DNA of 64,000 bases from Heptranchias perlo (lineage: Eukaryota), in assembly GCF_035084215.1 (NCBI RefSeq), contig NC_090336.1, positions 31,806,001 through 31,870,000 of the forward strand. The letters run 5' to 3'. Shown here piece after piece: positions 11,923 through 24,390 of the stretch. A program made the translations under genes and the position numbers. The first letter of the stretch is position 1. Each line of letters begins with the position of its first letter. The notes under the pieces are model-generated. The model was not told where the DNA came from and did not search any database. It was given only the letters and a program-made list of their open reading frames with translations.

Positions 11923-13352
11923 CTTCTGCTTCATTATAATGGGAATAATGGGTCTGCATCTAAACCATTTACATCACCTGGGAAAGCTCGAGACAATTCC
12001 AGGGCAGCACAAGGGTATTGGAGGGGCATGGGGAAAGGGACCCAATGTAATGGGTCTCTGGCCCATTTTCCTCTTTACTGTGTGTGGGGAACATCGATTC
12101 CCCATGCAGTGAAGAGGAAAATCTACCCTCTTTGTGGGTATGCTTGTTCAAACACCTGTGGTCAAAAAATTGGACCACAGTTCCCTTATCAGAAAATAGA
12201 AACCATCACATTAATTGCCATGATGTAAATTTTATGGCAGTTGATACTAATAAAGTAGCTGCATCTTTACCAAATGATGTGTTATCAAATGGGGTAGATA
12301 AAGTTTATAAATCTGAATTTATAAATCTGCATTAGCAAAGATTTTTGAAGGGAAAATGCCATCCTACTGTCCTCTGAGGAAGTTTAGTCAATAAGTCAAA
12401 GCATTGAAGAATTCTTGGAACAACTTGTTCAAACTAGTTGCAGCAAGACAGAAGAGGAAAAAATTGATGACTCCATTAAAAGGGAAGGTGCCTGACTCAA
12501 GGAATTATCTTGTGATAAATATGAGAAGCCCAATCTGCAGGACAGAGCATTGTTCTAAGCTGAAGTTGAACCTTAAGCAAATAGAAAATGTGCAACAAAA
12601 ATTTGATATTAAACACTGGAAAATCATTGGCTAGTAAGTAAAATTTATCGCATCTAAACCTGTTGAACATTAATCGCCCGTATCTTCCACAATCCATTTC
12701 AACACAGGATATTTATTACAGCAGAGCCTGTAAAACATTTTGGGGGGATGAATTTCCACCAGTCTGCCGTAACCCCAAGAAAAAAAAATCACATAAAACA
12801 TCAGTCTGGACTGAATTCAAATCTGGGTAAAATAGAGGAGAAAGCCATTCCTCAAATCAGTTTTTAATAAGGCTTCATTTTGATTTTACAGACAGAACAG
12901 TTCCTTTAAAAAAAATCACCAAACGGTTGAATAATTCACCAGTATGAATTCACATCAGCAATCATTCACCGACTGATCACAACTTTTTTAGTTGATTCAG
13001 TTAAAAAAAATACATTTTATCATGCAATATTTTAAAATTATTTTAGTAATTTTTGTGCTCAACAGGGTGACAGGTATCAGTGATGGGGAACAGAGAATTT
13101 TCTTTCAATATTTATTCACTTTCGCTGTCATTATTAATGACTCTTAGGAGAATTCCCCTATGCTGCCCCAATAACATGCCTTAACCTGAACTTCAGAACA
13201 GCATCTCCAACTGCATTAATGCGACATTTCGATTTCCCACAACAGCGACTTTTGCAGCTTCTAAGTGTGATTGCTAATCTGATACAACATTAGTACTGAG
13301 TTATGGGCACTGTTTGTATTGAACTTGCTTTCCGCTGGGTTGGGAGGAATAG

Positions 13353-13450
13353 AGAAAACATTTGCCTGAGGAAGGAGAAAATCTCCGAAAGCTTGTGAAT
13401 TTAAAATAAAATTGCTGGACTATAACTTGGTGTTGTAAAATTGTTTACAA
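13353..13450 (+). mobile_element. Penelope-like element terminal (pLTR-type) fragment
   Basis: 98-bp insert between perfect 13-bp direct repeats TTGGGAGGAATAG (13340-13352, 13451-13463); carries CTGAGGAAGGAG...CTCCGAAAGCTTG, AATAAA and GGACTATAACTTGGTGTTGT. Confidence 0.75.
13360..13400 (+). ncRNA. Minimal type I hammerhead ribozyme motif
   Basis: Stem I AUUUGC/GUGAAU (two G-U pairs), core CUGAGGA(A), stem II GGAGA-AAA-UCUCC, GAAA, palindromic AGCU stem III. Confidence 0.7.
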
Positions 13451-13548
13451 TTGGGAGGAATAGGCATTTAGTTTGGATTGGTACTTGGAAGTAGTGTTCC
13501 CAATAGGTCATTGCTGGATCCATTTTTGCTCTCAAAGTATATATGTAT

Positions 13549-13555
13549 CTGTGTG

Positions 13556-13602
<47 letters not shown>

Positions 13603-13630
13603 ATAAATTATATATATTATATACACACAC
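13549..13630. repeat. (GT)n microsatellite with AT/AC flank
   Basis: Direct reading. Confidence 0.95.
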
Positions 13631-13758
13631 AAGAATATATGATTTGTATTTGAGCATAGGGAACATAATATCATAATTTGCAGACAACACAAAGGTAAAG
13701 CAGGAGGATTGTATAAGAAGGGGGAAAATGAGAGGATAGTAGACTGGGCAGATGGGTG

Positions 13759-14662
13759 TGTAAGACTACAGATATGGAAAATACTGTAAAAACACTGTAA
13801 AACTGCAAGATATGAAACCGGCTGCGAGGTATGAAACAGTTAACCCCGGGTGCCGGTCAAAGAGACTCCAGCCCATGATTAATTTCGGAGACTCATTTAC
13901 ATCAAACAATGAGACCCTGGCAAAGACACGTTAACATCGAGACAATGTATAATCAAACTGAGCCTCTGAGCCATGCTCAGTCTCGGACAAGAACGGAAGA
14001 CCTTTCACACCTAAACAATGCTGTAAGCCAAGGGCCCATCACAGTGAGGAATACCGCATTGTCCTGATGCTGTGCAGGTAGTAGGGAGGAGATAAGGAGT
14101 TGTCTCTCAACCTCACAGCTCTGCACAACTAAGGTGTTTTGAATCACCGAGATGCCCAAATGAAGAGGTGTGAATATCAAGCAATCCAACAGATTGATAG
14201 CTGAAACCACAGATGAGGCCCAGGTGGAGATTTGCATGGCTGGAACACTATAAGAAGGTACAACAGCAGCACGTGGAGGCTGCAGTCAGATGAAGATGGA
14301 CGGAGACCAGTCACCTCCAGATCCAGGCCTACAATCAACATTGGTAATGACCAGCCACGTAGGTGATTGTAAGTTCCAGGCAAAGCATTAAGGGGTTTGC
14401 ACTGTGGAGGTTGCAGTCAAGAGAAGAAGGACGGAAACCGGTCATTTCCAGGTCCAGGTCTACGATCAGCATCGGTAACGACTAGCCGCATGGGTGATTG
14501 TAAGTTTCAGTCAAATCAGAAGGGTTTGTACTGGGGTTTTCTTGGTCTAATGAGCTAACAAGTTTGGGTTGAGCCAAAGCCTGTTTGTTGTGTGCAATTT
14601 TGTTCTTGTAATTCCGAGGTCCAAGAACCGGTGTAAGGCGGAAGGGAACAGAAAACCTTACC
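13759..14662 (+). mobile_element. Solo LTR, 904 bp (ERV or Gypsy)
   Basis: Starts TGTAAG, ends CTTACC (decayed CTTACA); 4-bp TSD GGTG at 13755-58 and 14663-66; splits a CR1 cleanly; strand inferred only from a TATAA-like motif near 13947. Confidence 0.8.
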
Positions 14663-14983
14663 GGTGACAGATGCAAATTAATGCAGAGAAATGTGAGGTG
14701 ATGCATTTTGTTCAATGGAGAAATCCTGAAAGGTATGGGAGGAACAGATACACCGGGGGATGCAAATACACAGGCGTAGATAAAGCCATAAAAAAAGGCC
14801 AGTAGAGAGGTAATGATAAGTTTGTACAGGGTGATGCTTAGATCACAGTTAGAGTACAGTGTGCGGATTTGGGTACCTCATCATAGAAAAGACATGAAAT
14901 ACATAACGTAATTGATTATACAATGTAAATTCATCAAGATGATATCAGGGATGAGAAATTAGGTATAAGGAAACACTAGAGAT

Positions 14984-15741
14984 TTTTTTATTTTTTATTC
15001 GTTCATGGGATGTGGGCGTCGCTGGCGAGGCCAGCATTTATTGCCCATCCCTAATTGCCCTTGAGAAGGTGGTGGTGAGCCGCCTTCTTGAACTGCTGCA
15101 GTGCGTGAGGTGAAGGTTCTCCCACAGTGCCGTTAGAAATGGAATTCCAGGATTTTGACCCAGCGACGATGAAGGAACGGCGATATATTTCCAAGTCGGG
15201 ATGGTGTGTGACTTGGAGGGGAACGTGCAGGTGGTGTTGTTCCCATGTGCCTGCTGCCCTTGTCCTTCTAGGTGGTAGAGGTCACAGGTATGGGAGGTGC
15301 TGTCGAAGAAGCCTTGGCGAGCTGCTGCAGTGCATCCTGTGGATAGTACACACTGCAGCCACGGTATGCCGGTGGTGAAGGGAGTGAATGTTTAAGGTGG
15401 TGGATGGGGTGCCAATCAAGCGGGCTGCTTTGTCCTGGATGGTGTCGAGCTTCTTGAGTGTTGTTGGAGCTGCACTCATCCAGGCAAGTGGAGAATATTC
15501 CATCACACTCCTGACTTGTGCTTTGTAGATGGTGGAAAGACTTTGGGGAGTCAGGAGGTGAGTCACTCACCACAGAATACCCAGCCTCTGACATGCTCTT
15601 GTAGCCACAGTATTTATGTGGCTGGTCAAGTTAAGTTTCTGGTCAATGGTGACCCCCAGGATGTTGATGGTGGGGGATTCGGCGATGGTAATGCCTTTGA
15701 ATGTCAAGGGGAGGTGGTTAGACTCTCTCTTGTTAGAGATG
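14984..15741 (-). mobile_element. LINE family B (CR1/L2-group), 5'-truncated
   Basis: THLLTPQSLSTIYKAQVRSVMEYSPLAW; A-rich tail; candidate TSD GAGAT at 14979-83 and 15742-46. Confidence 0.9.
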
Positions 15742-16207
15742 GAGATACTGCGACTATTTCCATTAGAGCAGCGAAAACTAAGAAATTTAATAAAGGATTT
15801 AAAATTATGAAGTGTTCTGATTGGCTATTTCCACTGATGGGGCAGTCAGTAATGAAAGGTCATCAAATTAAAAGTGCTACTAAGAGTGAGGAGAGGTTAG
15901 GAGAATTTATGCAAAGCTGTTACAGTATGAAATATTTTGCACACAGTAGTAGGGGTGGTTTAGGCTGAGATGATTGCATTTCAAGAGAAGAGTAGAATTT
16001 AAAGTAGTAGGTACAGGATTATGGGAAGCAGGGCAGTGGGATTGGTTGGGGATTGCTTTAGTAAGAGCTGACATAGACACGATGAGTTGAATGGAATCCT
16101 TCTGTGCTATAAATTTCTATGCTTCGATGTAGGATCCTTCTGGCCAGTAGCAGAAAGAAATTTTCATCTCATCATATGAACTGGATGCAATTCCAAGTCT
16201 GTGAGGC

Positions 16208-18785
16208 ATTAAGTATTTATCCAATTCCTTTTTGAAAGCCAGGATTGAATCTGCTTCCACCACCCTTTCAGGCAGCACAATCCAGATCATAACTACTCGC
16301 TGCGTAAAAAAGTTTTTCCACATGCGGCCTTTGGTTCTTTTGCCATTCACCTTAAATCTGTGTCCTCTGGTTCGCGACCCTTCCGCCAATGGGAACAGTT
16401 TCTCTTTATTTACTTTATCTAAACCCTTCATGATTTTGAACATTTCTATCAAATTGCCTCTTAACCTTCTCTGCTCGAAGGAGAACAACCCCAACTTCTC
16501 CAATCTATCCATGTAACTGAAATCCCTCAACCCTGGAACCATTCTAGTAAATCTTTTCTGCACTCTCTCTAAGGCCTTCACATCCTTCCAAAAGTGCGGT
16601 GCCCAGAACTGGACACAATACTTCAGCTGTGGCTAAACCAGTGTTTTATAAAGATTCAACATAACTTCCTTACTTTTGTACACTATGCCTCTATTTAAAA
16701 AGCCCAAGATCCTGTATGCTTTTTTTAAACCGCTTTCTCAACCTGTCCTGCCACCTTCAAAGATTTGTGCACATATACCCTCAGGTCTCTGTTCCTGCAC
16801 CCCCTTTAGAATTGTACCATTTAGTTTATATTGGCTCCTCGTTCTTCCTGCCAAAATGTATCACTTCGCAATTCTCTGCATTAAATTTCATCTGCCATGT
16901 GCCCGCCTATTCCACCAACCCGTCTATATTCTCTTGAAGTCTATTACTATCCTCCTCATTGTTTACTACACATCCATGTTTTGTGTCATCTGCAAATTTG
17001 GAAATTGTGCCCTGTACACCCAAGTCCAGGTCATTAATATATATAAAAAAAACCAGTGGTCCTAGTACCAACCCCTGGGGAACACCACTGTATACCTTCC
17101 TCCAGTCCGAAAAACAACCGTTCACCACTTCTCTCTGTTTCCTGTCACTTAGCCAATTTCCTATCCATGCTGCCATTGTCCCTTTTATTCCATGGGCTTC
17201 ACTTTTGCTGACAAGCATATTATGTGGCACTTTATCAAATGCCTTTTGAAAGTCCATATACACAACATCAACCGCATTGCCCTCATCAACCGTTTCTGTT
17301 ACCTCATCAAAAAACTCAACCAAGTTATTAAACATGATTAGCCTTTAACAAATCCGTGCTGGCTTTCCTTTATTAATCCACACTTGTCCAAGTGACAATT
17401 AAATTTGTCCCAGATCATCGTTTCTAAAAGCTTCCATACCACCGAGGTTAAATTGGCCTGTAGTTGCTGGGTTTATCCTTACACCCTTTTTTTGCGGGAA
17501 CAGGGAACTGAGTTAGACGATCAGGCATGATCATTTTGAATGGCGGAGCAGGCCCGAAGAGCCGAATGGCCTACTTTTGCTCCTATTTTCTATGATGCTA
17601 TGAACAAGGGTGTAACATTTGCAATTCTCCAGTCCTCTGGCACCACCTCCAAATCTAAGGAGGATTGGACAATTATGGCCAACACCTCTGCAATTTCCAG
17701 CCTTACTTCCCTCAGCAACCTAGGATGCATTCTATCCGGACTGGGTGACTTATCTACTTTAAGTACAGCCAGCCTTTCTAGTACCTCTATCAATTTTTGG
17801 CCCATCCAGCATCCCAACTACCTCCTCTTTTATTGTGACTTTGGCAGCATCTTCTTCCTTGGTAAAGACAGATGCAAAGTACTCCTTTAGTACCTCAGCC
17901 ATGCCCTCTGCCTCCATGCGTAGATCTCCTTTTTGGTCCCTAATCGTCCCCACCCCTCCTCTTACTACCCGTTTACTGTTTATATGTCTATAGAAGACTT
18001 TTGAATTCATTTTTATGTTAGCTGCCAATCTATTATCATAGACTCTCTTTGCCCGTCCTATTTCCTTTTTCACTTCTCCTCTGCACTTTCTATATTCAGC
18101 CTGGTCCTCACTTGTATTATCAACCTGACATCTGTCATTCGCCCCCTTTTTCTGCTTCAACTTACTCTCTAGCTCTTTCATCAACCAGGGAGCTCTGGCT
18201 TTAGTTGCCCTACTTTCCCCCTCATGGGAATGTTCCTAGACTGTACCCAAACCATCTCCTCTTTAAAGGCCGCCCATTGTTCAATTACAGTTTTGCCTGC
18301 CAATCTTTGATTCCAATTTACCCCGGCCAGATCCGTTCTCAACCCACTGAAATTGGCCCTCCTCCAATTAAGTATTTTTACTCGAGATTGCTCCTTATCC
18401 TTTTCCGTAACTAATCTTAACCTTATGATACTATGATCGCTGATCCCTACATGTTCCCCACTTGCTCCACTTGACCCACCTCATTCCCCAGAACTAAATC
18501 CAGCAATGCCTCCTTCCTCATTGGGCCAGAAACATACTAATCAAGAAAGTTCTCCTGAACACACTTCAGAAATTCCTCCCTCTCTTTGCCATTTACACTA
18601 TTACTATCCCAGTCTATATTGGGATCGTTGAAGTCCCCCATTATCACCACTCTATAGTTCTTGCACCTCTCTGTAATTTCCCTGCAAATTTGCTCCTCTA
18701 TTTCCTTCCCACTAAGTGATGTCCACCAACTTTATTCACCATGCTTCGTGCGTTTACGCACATGCATACTAAACCTATCTAAGAC
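16208..18785 (-). mobile_element. Degraded CR1 LINE ORF2 (EN+RT) with internal deletion
   Basis: GLVCMCVNARSMVNKVG at the 5' end, DFQKAFDKV, GVPQGLVLGP, KFADD; multiple frameshifts. Confidence 0.9.
17496..17602 (+). mobile_element. Short CR1 3'-tail insertion inside the minus-strand CR1
   Basis: GAATGGCGGAGCAGGCCCGAAGAGCCGAATGGCCTACT...TTCTATGATGCTATG interrupts the host sequence TTTT|GAACAAGGG. Confidence 0.75.
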
Positions 18786-19061
18786 CTAATAAAATAGCCC
18801 AACTATGAATTGTTCTTGCGTGTATACTTAATATATGAAAATATCCATATTCCCCAGTGGCTCATTCATGTGCTCTGTCAGCAGACATTTGTTTATAATT
18901 GTTATTCATATCAATGAATATTTGCCTAAGGACATGTATATATGTTTTGATATATAGTAAATTCCATCCATTTAAGGTCTTAAAAATGCCCATGTGCCAA
19001 GCAGATTTTAAAATTCCCTAACCAACAGCACCATTACATGTGTTGTTCTTTCTCAATCATT

Positions 19062-19946
19062 GGGCTCAATTTTAAAACAGAGCCGGGAAGGGGGCGGGGG
19101 ATCAATTTGAGGTCAGGAAACCCATTAGTACAGGTTTCCCGGATGTCCTTATGATTTTGACGTAAGGACGTCTTTTTTTTTGTCAGTTTTCCATCTGACT
19201 GACCAGCCTGATTGGCAGGCTAGTCTCAAATGGATGGGAGACCAGACAGGGGGAGGACGTCTTCAGGTAAGTCTGCAGGTAAGTCTTTGTTTTTATGGAT
19301 GGGGGCATGGGTGGGCGCGGGGGCATGGGTGGGCATGGGTCATCACGGGGGTCATGAGTCATGGGGAGGTGGGATCGGGGGTCAGTCACGGTGGGGTGTC
19401 CAGATCGGGGGGTCATCGCGGGGTCTGCGATCGTTGAGGGGAAGGATCAGGGGTCGGAGGATCGGAGTGGGGGAGGATCGGGGTCAGGGGTTGGGGGTCC
19501 GCGATCAGGATAGGGTCTGCAATCGGGGGCCGGGGGACCGCAATCGTTGTGGGGGGGGGGGTTCAGTGCAGGTAGGCTTGTTGGGCCTGGGGGAAGCACT
19601 TCTGCTCCTCTCGGATCACAAGCTGTGCCTTTCTAGGCACTTACCTATTAGTCTCGGGCCTTCTCACCTCCTTTCAAGAGGCATAAAACAGAAAGCCCGG
19701 GAATCCCGGCCCCCCGGGTTGAAACTGGAAAGTCCAGAAAATTGGAGGCCCGAAGCCTCCTTGAAAGGTTTGAAGGGCCGACCCGCCTCCTGGAGGCGGG
19801 TTGATCGCCCGCCCCTCTTCCTGCCTCGGTGAAAACCGGAAATGGACGGATTGGAGGCGGTTTGGGGGCGGGTCTGAAATGGGAGCAATTTTCAATGCCA
19901 CCCTCACCCCCCAACCCACCTGTTTTTCAATGTTAGAATTGAGCCT
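19062..19946. mobile_element. Harbinger-type MITE, 885 bp
   Basis: TIR GGGCTCAATTTTAA / TTAGAATTGAGCCT; 3-bp TSD ATT; GC- and CpG-rich interior. Confidence 0.8.
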
Positions 19947-20071
19947 ATTGTGTTTTTTAATACAATAGTTTAATAAAAATATGCTGGAATTTATTATCTC
20001 AACACTTGCGCACATGTAAAGCAACAAAGATTGAAGTTTAGAGGAAGGGGAACTCTGATGTATCTGACACA

Positions 20072-20480
20072 CATTTATATAGCACCTTGTCTTGTCCTTG
20101 GGGCATCCCAAAAGGCTTTACAACCAATGGATTACTTCTTTGGTGCAGCCATTTTTGAAGGGCATACAAACACAACAGTCAAATTGAGCACAGCAAGTTC
20201 CACAAACAAAAATGAACAGCTAATCTAGTTTTAATTGAGGGTGGAATGTTGGCCAAGGAAAGCTCCCTGCTCTTCTCCAAATAGTGCCACGGGATCTACA
20301 TAGGCATAAAGAGCTCCAGTTTAATGTCTCATCAGAAAGATGGCACCTCCAACAATGCAGCACTTCATCAGTGCTGTACTGAAATGTCAGCCTAGATTAT
20401 GTGCTCAACTCTGTAGTGTGGCTTGAACCCACAACCTTCTGAGTCAGAGGCACAGTGCTTCCAATTCATCCAAGCTGACA
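20072..20480 (-). mobile_element. Near full-length tRNA-derived Deu-type SINE (SacSINE1-like)
   Basis: B-box GGGTTCAAGCC on minus strand, central GATCCCGTGGCACTATTT...GAAGAGCAGGGAG domain, tail GTGCTATATAAAT. Confidence 0.7.
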
Positions 20481-21134
20481 ATTGAGTGCTGAATTATTGA
20501 TTTGTCTGATTAAAAATGTTAGTTAGGTTCACTATTTAGTTTTTAATTTTTGTCAAATATCAATCATTTCACAGAGATCTACAGGAACATCTGAATATAC
20601 TTTTAAACTATTTTTAATATTAATTGGCAGATTTAAACAGAGATAGTGGAATAAGCTAAACAGACAGCAAAGGAAGACGGAGGGCAAGCAGTGTGAGATG
20701 GGACACAGCTGTGTTAGGCATACACCAGGGATCAATGGGAAAATTAAGGTGTGCATAAGACAACAATACAATGTGGTCTGCCCTGGATCAGCTGTTCATG
20801 TTTAATTATAAGGCTTTTTTCCTTAAATCTCAGGGTTTTTTTCCCTACATTTTCTTTAACGAAATGAGCTCTTACCCCATGTGCCTTAGTATTGTTAACA
20901 CTCCATAAAACATGTTGATTGATTTCACCTGTACAAGAACCAAAGGCAAGGAATTCCAGTACTTTTGACTTGGGCCCGATGTACTCTAAAGTGTATGTGA
21001 AAGCATGAGAAACCACTACTGAAACTACTCTTGAAGATCTACTGACTGTTCAACTACAGTAGGGAGCTTTTAAAATTATACATCACGTGCTATTGCGTGG
21101 GTAAAACTGTTTTATGTTGTAAAGATATTACAGC

Positions 21135-21400
21135 AAGGTCCCATCTGGCTGTTCTGGTGATTCAAATAGAGGCTAAAGATTCCATGGTGCTGTTCGAAGA
21201 AGCATAGGATGTCCTGGCCAACATTCTTCCCTCAACCATTACCATCAAAAACAGATGAGCTGGTCATTCATCTTATTTCTGTTCATGGAAACTTGCTGTG
21301 TGCCAAATGACTTCCATATTTACTAACATAACAGTCAGCATATTGTAAAAGAACTCATTGTGTGTATCTGAGAGATGTGATAAGGGATTCTATAAGTTTT
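21135..21400 (+). mobile_element. Deu-type SINE, partial
   Basis: AAAGATTCCATGGTGCTGTTCGAAGAAG...GTCCTGGCCAACATT central domain. Confidence 0.6.
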
Positions 21401-22829
21401 CCCTGAAAAGAAACAATTATTGCTACTTTAGCTTGTGGAGTACTTCTGATAAAATGACAAGTGTCAAACCTTCTCCCTTAAACATACAGACATCCCACTG
21501 ATTTTCATAGTTACTTTGTCCATTGTATGTTGAATATTGATGAAGATGATCTTGTAGAATACATAACAGAGTGACTTTTTGCCAATGTGCACTTCTAATA
21601 CAGCAGTCAGTTTGAAAAGAAACACTCGGCGAGCACTGCAATACCAGATATCTTAGCTGGAAAGATCAATGGAAGAAATGGGGTCAAACTATTAATGCAT
21701 TAGCTGAAATATAACTACGATGTCTGTGCCTTAAGTTCCAACACGGTTGAATTTTCCCCAGACAAGTCCAGCACATATTTGTAACACAACGAACCACTGC
21801 GGTCCAAATTGTAATAAAATAAGTGGTCATTTTTCACTGTTCCCCTTTCCAGTTTTAGACACATCTAAACCTCATTACCTGGCCTCTCGATACAGAACGT
21901 GTGGAAAAAAAAACAAATGGACTGCAATACTGTAAAAAGAGTAATTTTTCATCAACAGTTTCCAGCTCCATAAGCAGACCTCTGATTTTTAAGTCACTCT
22001 GAACTCTCGCTACAGTGCACACTGCACAGCCAAGCAGCCCATATAGTAATACTATTTACAAGGGGTAATTTTTCAGTCTCTTTCTTTTCCAGCTCCGTAG
22101 ATAGATCTGCTCACTGCAATGTACATATGACCCAGCCAAGCAGGCACTAATAAAATAAAGACTTTTTTTACACAGATCCTATCAAACCCACAAATTTTCA
22201 GACTTGTTCTCTGGTTACAAATGGGTGGATAATTTCTTACCCTCAATGCCTGGATTCTCGCTAACATCCACGTCACTATAATACACAGAACAATTGGCTC
22301 TTGTGAGGGCGAACTGTACTTATGATTTATACAGTGCAAATATTGTGCATGTTCCAGCTATGCATCTGTACAGTAGCTTCAGTTATGCAACTCAAACCAT
22401 TCATTATAGATCTTTCAGTAATGAAATGTGGGTTTCTTACCAACCCTACAATGTAATATATTATGCGTGGATTAAATTTAAATACTATATAGTGCAATTT
22501 TAATATCATTGTTTGCATTTCCAAAAACCCTCTACATTTTCTTGCAGATAACTTTCTCTGCACCTACTGTTAACTATGAGGAGACAGTTTCCCCTGTTGT
22601 CTAAGGACTATGAAGGCAGAAATGGGCATTAAAACAAGTGCAAAATTGGGAGATAAACTGAAATTGCCAGTTTTTTTCCTTTTCTGTTTAACTCCATGTT
22701 TTCCATCTCAAAAATGGGGAGTGAAATTGGTATTGAATCTTTTTTGGGGAATATCTGGTGTTGTTTGTTAAGGCCTATTAATGAGAAAAATGTGGCAGTA
22801 ATCCACTGGAGGAAAGTTATAACGACAAT

Positions 22830-23490
22830 CATAGAAACATAGAATGTAACAGCACAGAAGGAGGTCATTTGGCCCATTGTGCCTGTACTGGCTCTTTGAA
22901 AGAGCTATCCAATTAGTCTCACTCCCCTGCTCTTTCCCCATAGCCCTGTAAATTTATTCTTTTTAAGTATATATCCAATTCCCCTTCGAAAGTTACTATT
23001 GAATCTGCTTCCACCACCATTTCAGGTAGCACATTCCATATCATTACAACTTGCTGCGTAAAAAATTTTCTCCTAATCTCCCCCTGGTTCTTTTGCCAAT
23101 TATTTTAAATCTGTGTCCTCTGGTTATCGACCCTTCTGCCACTGGAAACAGTTTCTCCTTATTTATTCTATCAAAACCATTCATGATTTTGTTCACCTCT
23201 ATTAAATCTCCCCTTAACCTTCTCTGGTTTAAGGAGAACAATCCCAGCATCTCCAGTCTCTCCACATAACTGAAGTCCCTCATCCCTGGTATTATTCTAA
23301 TAAACCTCCTCTGCATTCTCTCCCAGGCTTGACATCCTTCCTAAAGTGTGGTGCCCAGAATTGAACACAATACTCCAGCTGAGGCCTAACCAGTGATTTA
23401 TAAAGGGTTAGCATAACTTCCTTGCTTTTGTATTATATGCCTTTTTATAAAGCCCAACTTTACCTGCCAACTTCAAAGATTTGTGTATGA
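22830..23490 (-). mobile_element. CR1 LINE 3' fragment
   Basis: [28 protein letters not shown]...RGDLIEV; tail TTCTATGTTTCTATG. Confidence 0.88.
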
Positions 23491-24139
23491 CAAGGTAAGA
23501 ATTAGCTCACCTGTTTAGCTGGAGTTAATTCAGTGATGCGGCAACCAAACTCTTTGGAAGAGTATCTGTTCAACTAGTGTTGCCATTGGTGAGAAAGGCT
23601 GATCAGGGCGCAGGCTCCACCAACCACCATCTGACATTGAAACAGTTCACTGCTTTGTGATCAGTTGAATGGTGCTTGGCTGAGGGCACTTTAAACAAAC
23701 AAGCTGTGAACTGTTTATAAGCCTTCGTTACTGTCCAGCTTTGTATTTCATTATCCCTCGTGGAAAATCAAAAAAAAAATCTCAAGGTATGGATGTTTAA
23801 GTAATTCATTGCAAATACAATGAAGGCCAGAACTGACCAAAATATAATTTAAATATAATCTTCAATACAAACTACATAAGCAGATGATGCATTTGTTTTT
23901 AAAACTTGAATTGTAGTTTTCTCTTTGTCAGAACTGTTGATTACACACATAAAAACAAGTACTATGGTTCCAAAGCCATTAATCTATGAATCAGTCATTC
24001 TAAATCAGGAAATGGCTGTGTTAATAAATAAGGATGTACAAATTTGCTGCTCAGCTTAATTTCCTAGTTTCCTGCTCTTCAGAGCTATATTAATGTGCTT
24101 GTCCATTACTTCACTAGTTGAGTGGCTGTTAAGCTACTT

Positions 24140-24390
24140 GAGATGAAATCAGGAAGCACTTCTTCACACAGAGGGTAGTGGAAATCTGGAACTCTCTCCC
24201 CCAAAAGGCTGTGGATGTTGGGTCAATTGATACTTTCAAGACTGAGATCGATTGATTTTTGTTGGGTAAGGGTATCAAGGGATATGGAGCAAAAGCAGCT
24301 AAATAGTATTGAGGTACAGATCAATCAAGATCTAAATTAATGGGTAGAACAGGCTTGAGGGGCTGAATGGCCTACTCCTGTTCCTATGAG
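24140..24390 (+). mobile_element. CR1 LINE 3' fragment
   Basis: FFTQRVVEIWNSLP...; tail GAATGGCCTACTCCTGTTCCTATG. Confidence 0.8.

Larger units (their letters stand above)
13680..16130 (+). mobile_element. Old CR1 LINE 3' part interrupted by a solo LTR and a second LINE
   Basis: Segments 13680-13758, 14663-14983 and 15742-16130 join into collinear degraded ORF2 (ADNTK...NAEKCEVMHF...) and 3' tail CTTCTGTGCTATAAATTTCTATG. Confidence 0.75.

Noticed and set aside
10828-11959. Gly/Trp/Val-rich ORFs on the minus strand
   Set aside because: Open in all frames because the C-rich repeat lacks stops; no coding evidence.
19062-19946. CpG-island promoter or 200-aa ORF
   Set aside because: CpG richness and ORFs are confined within a TIR/TSD-bounded MITE.
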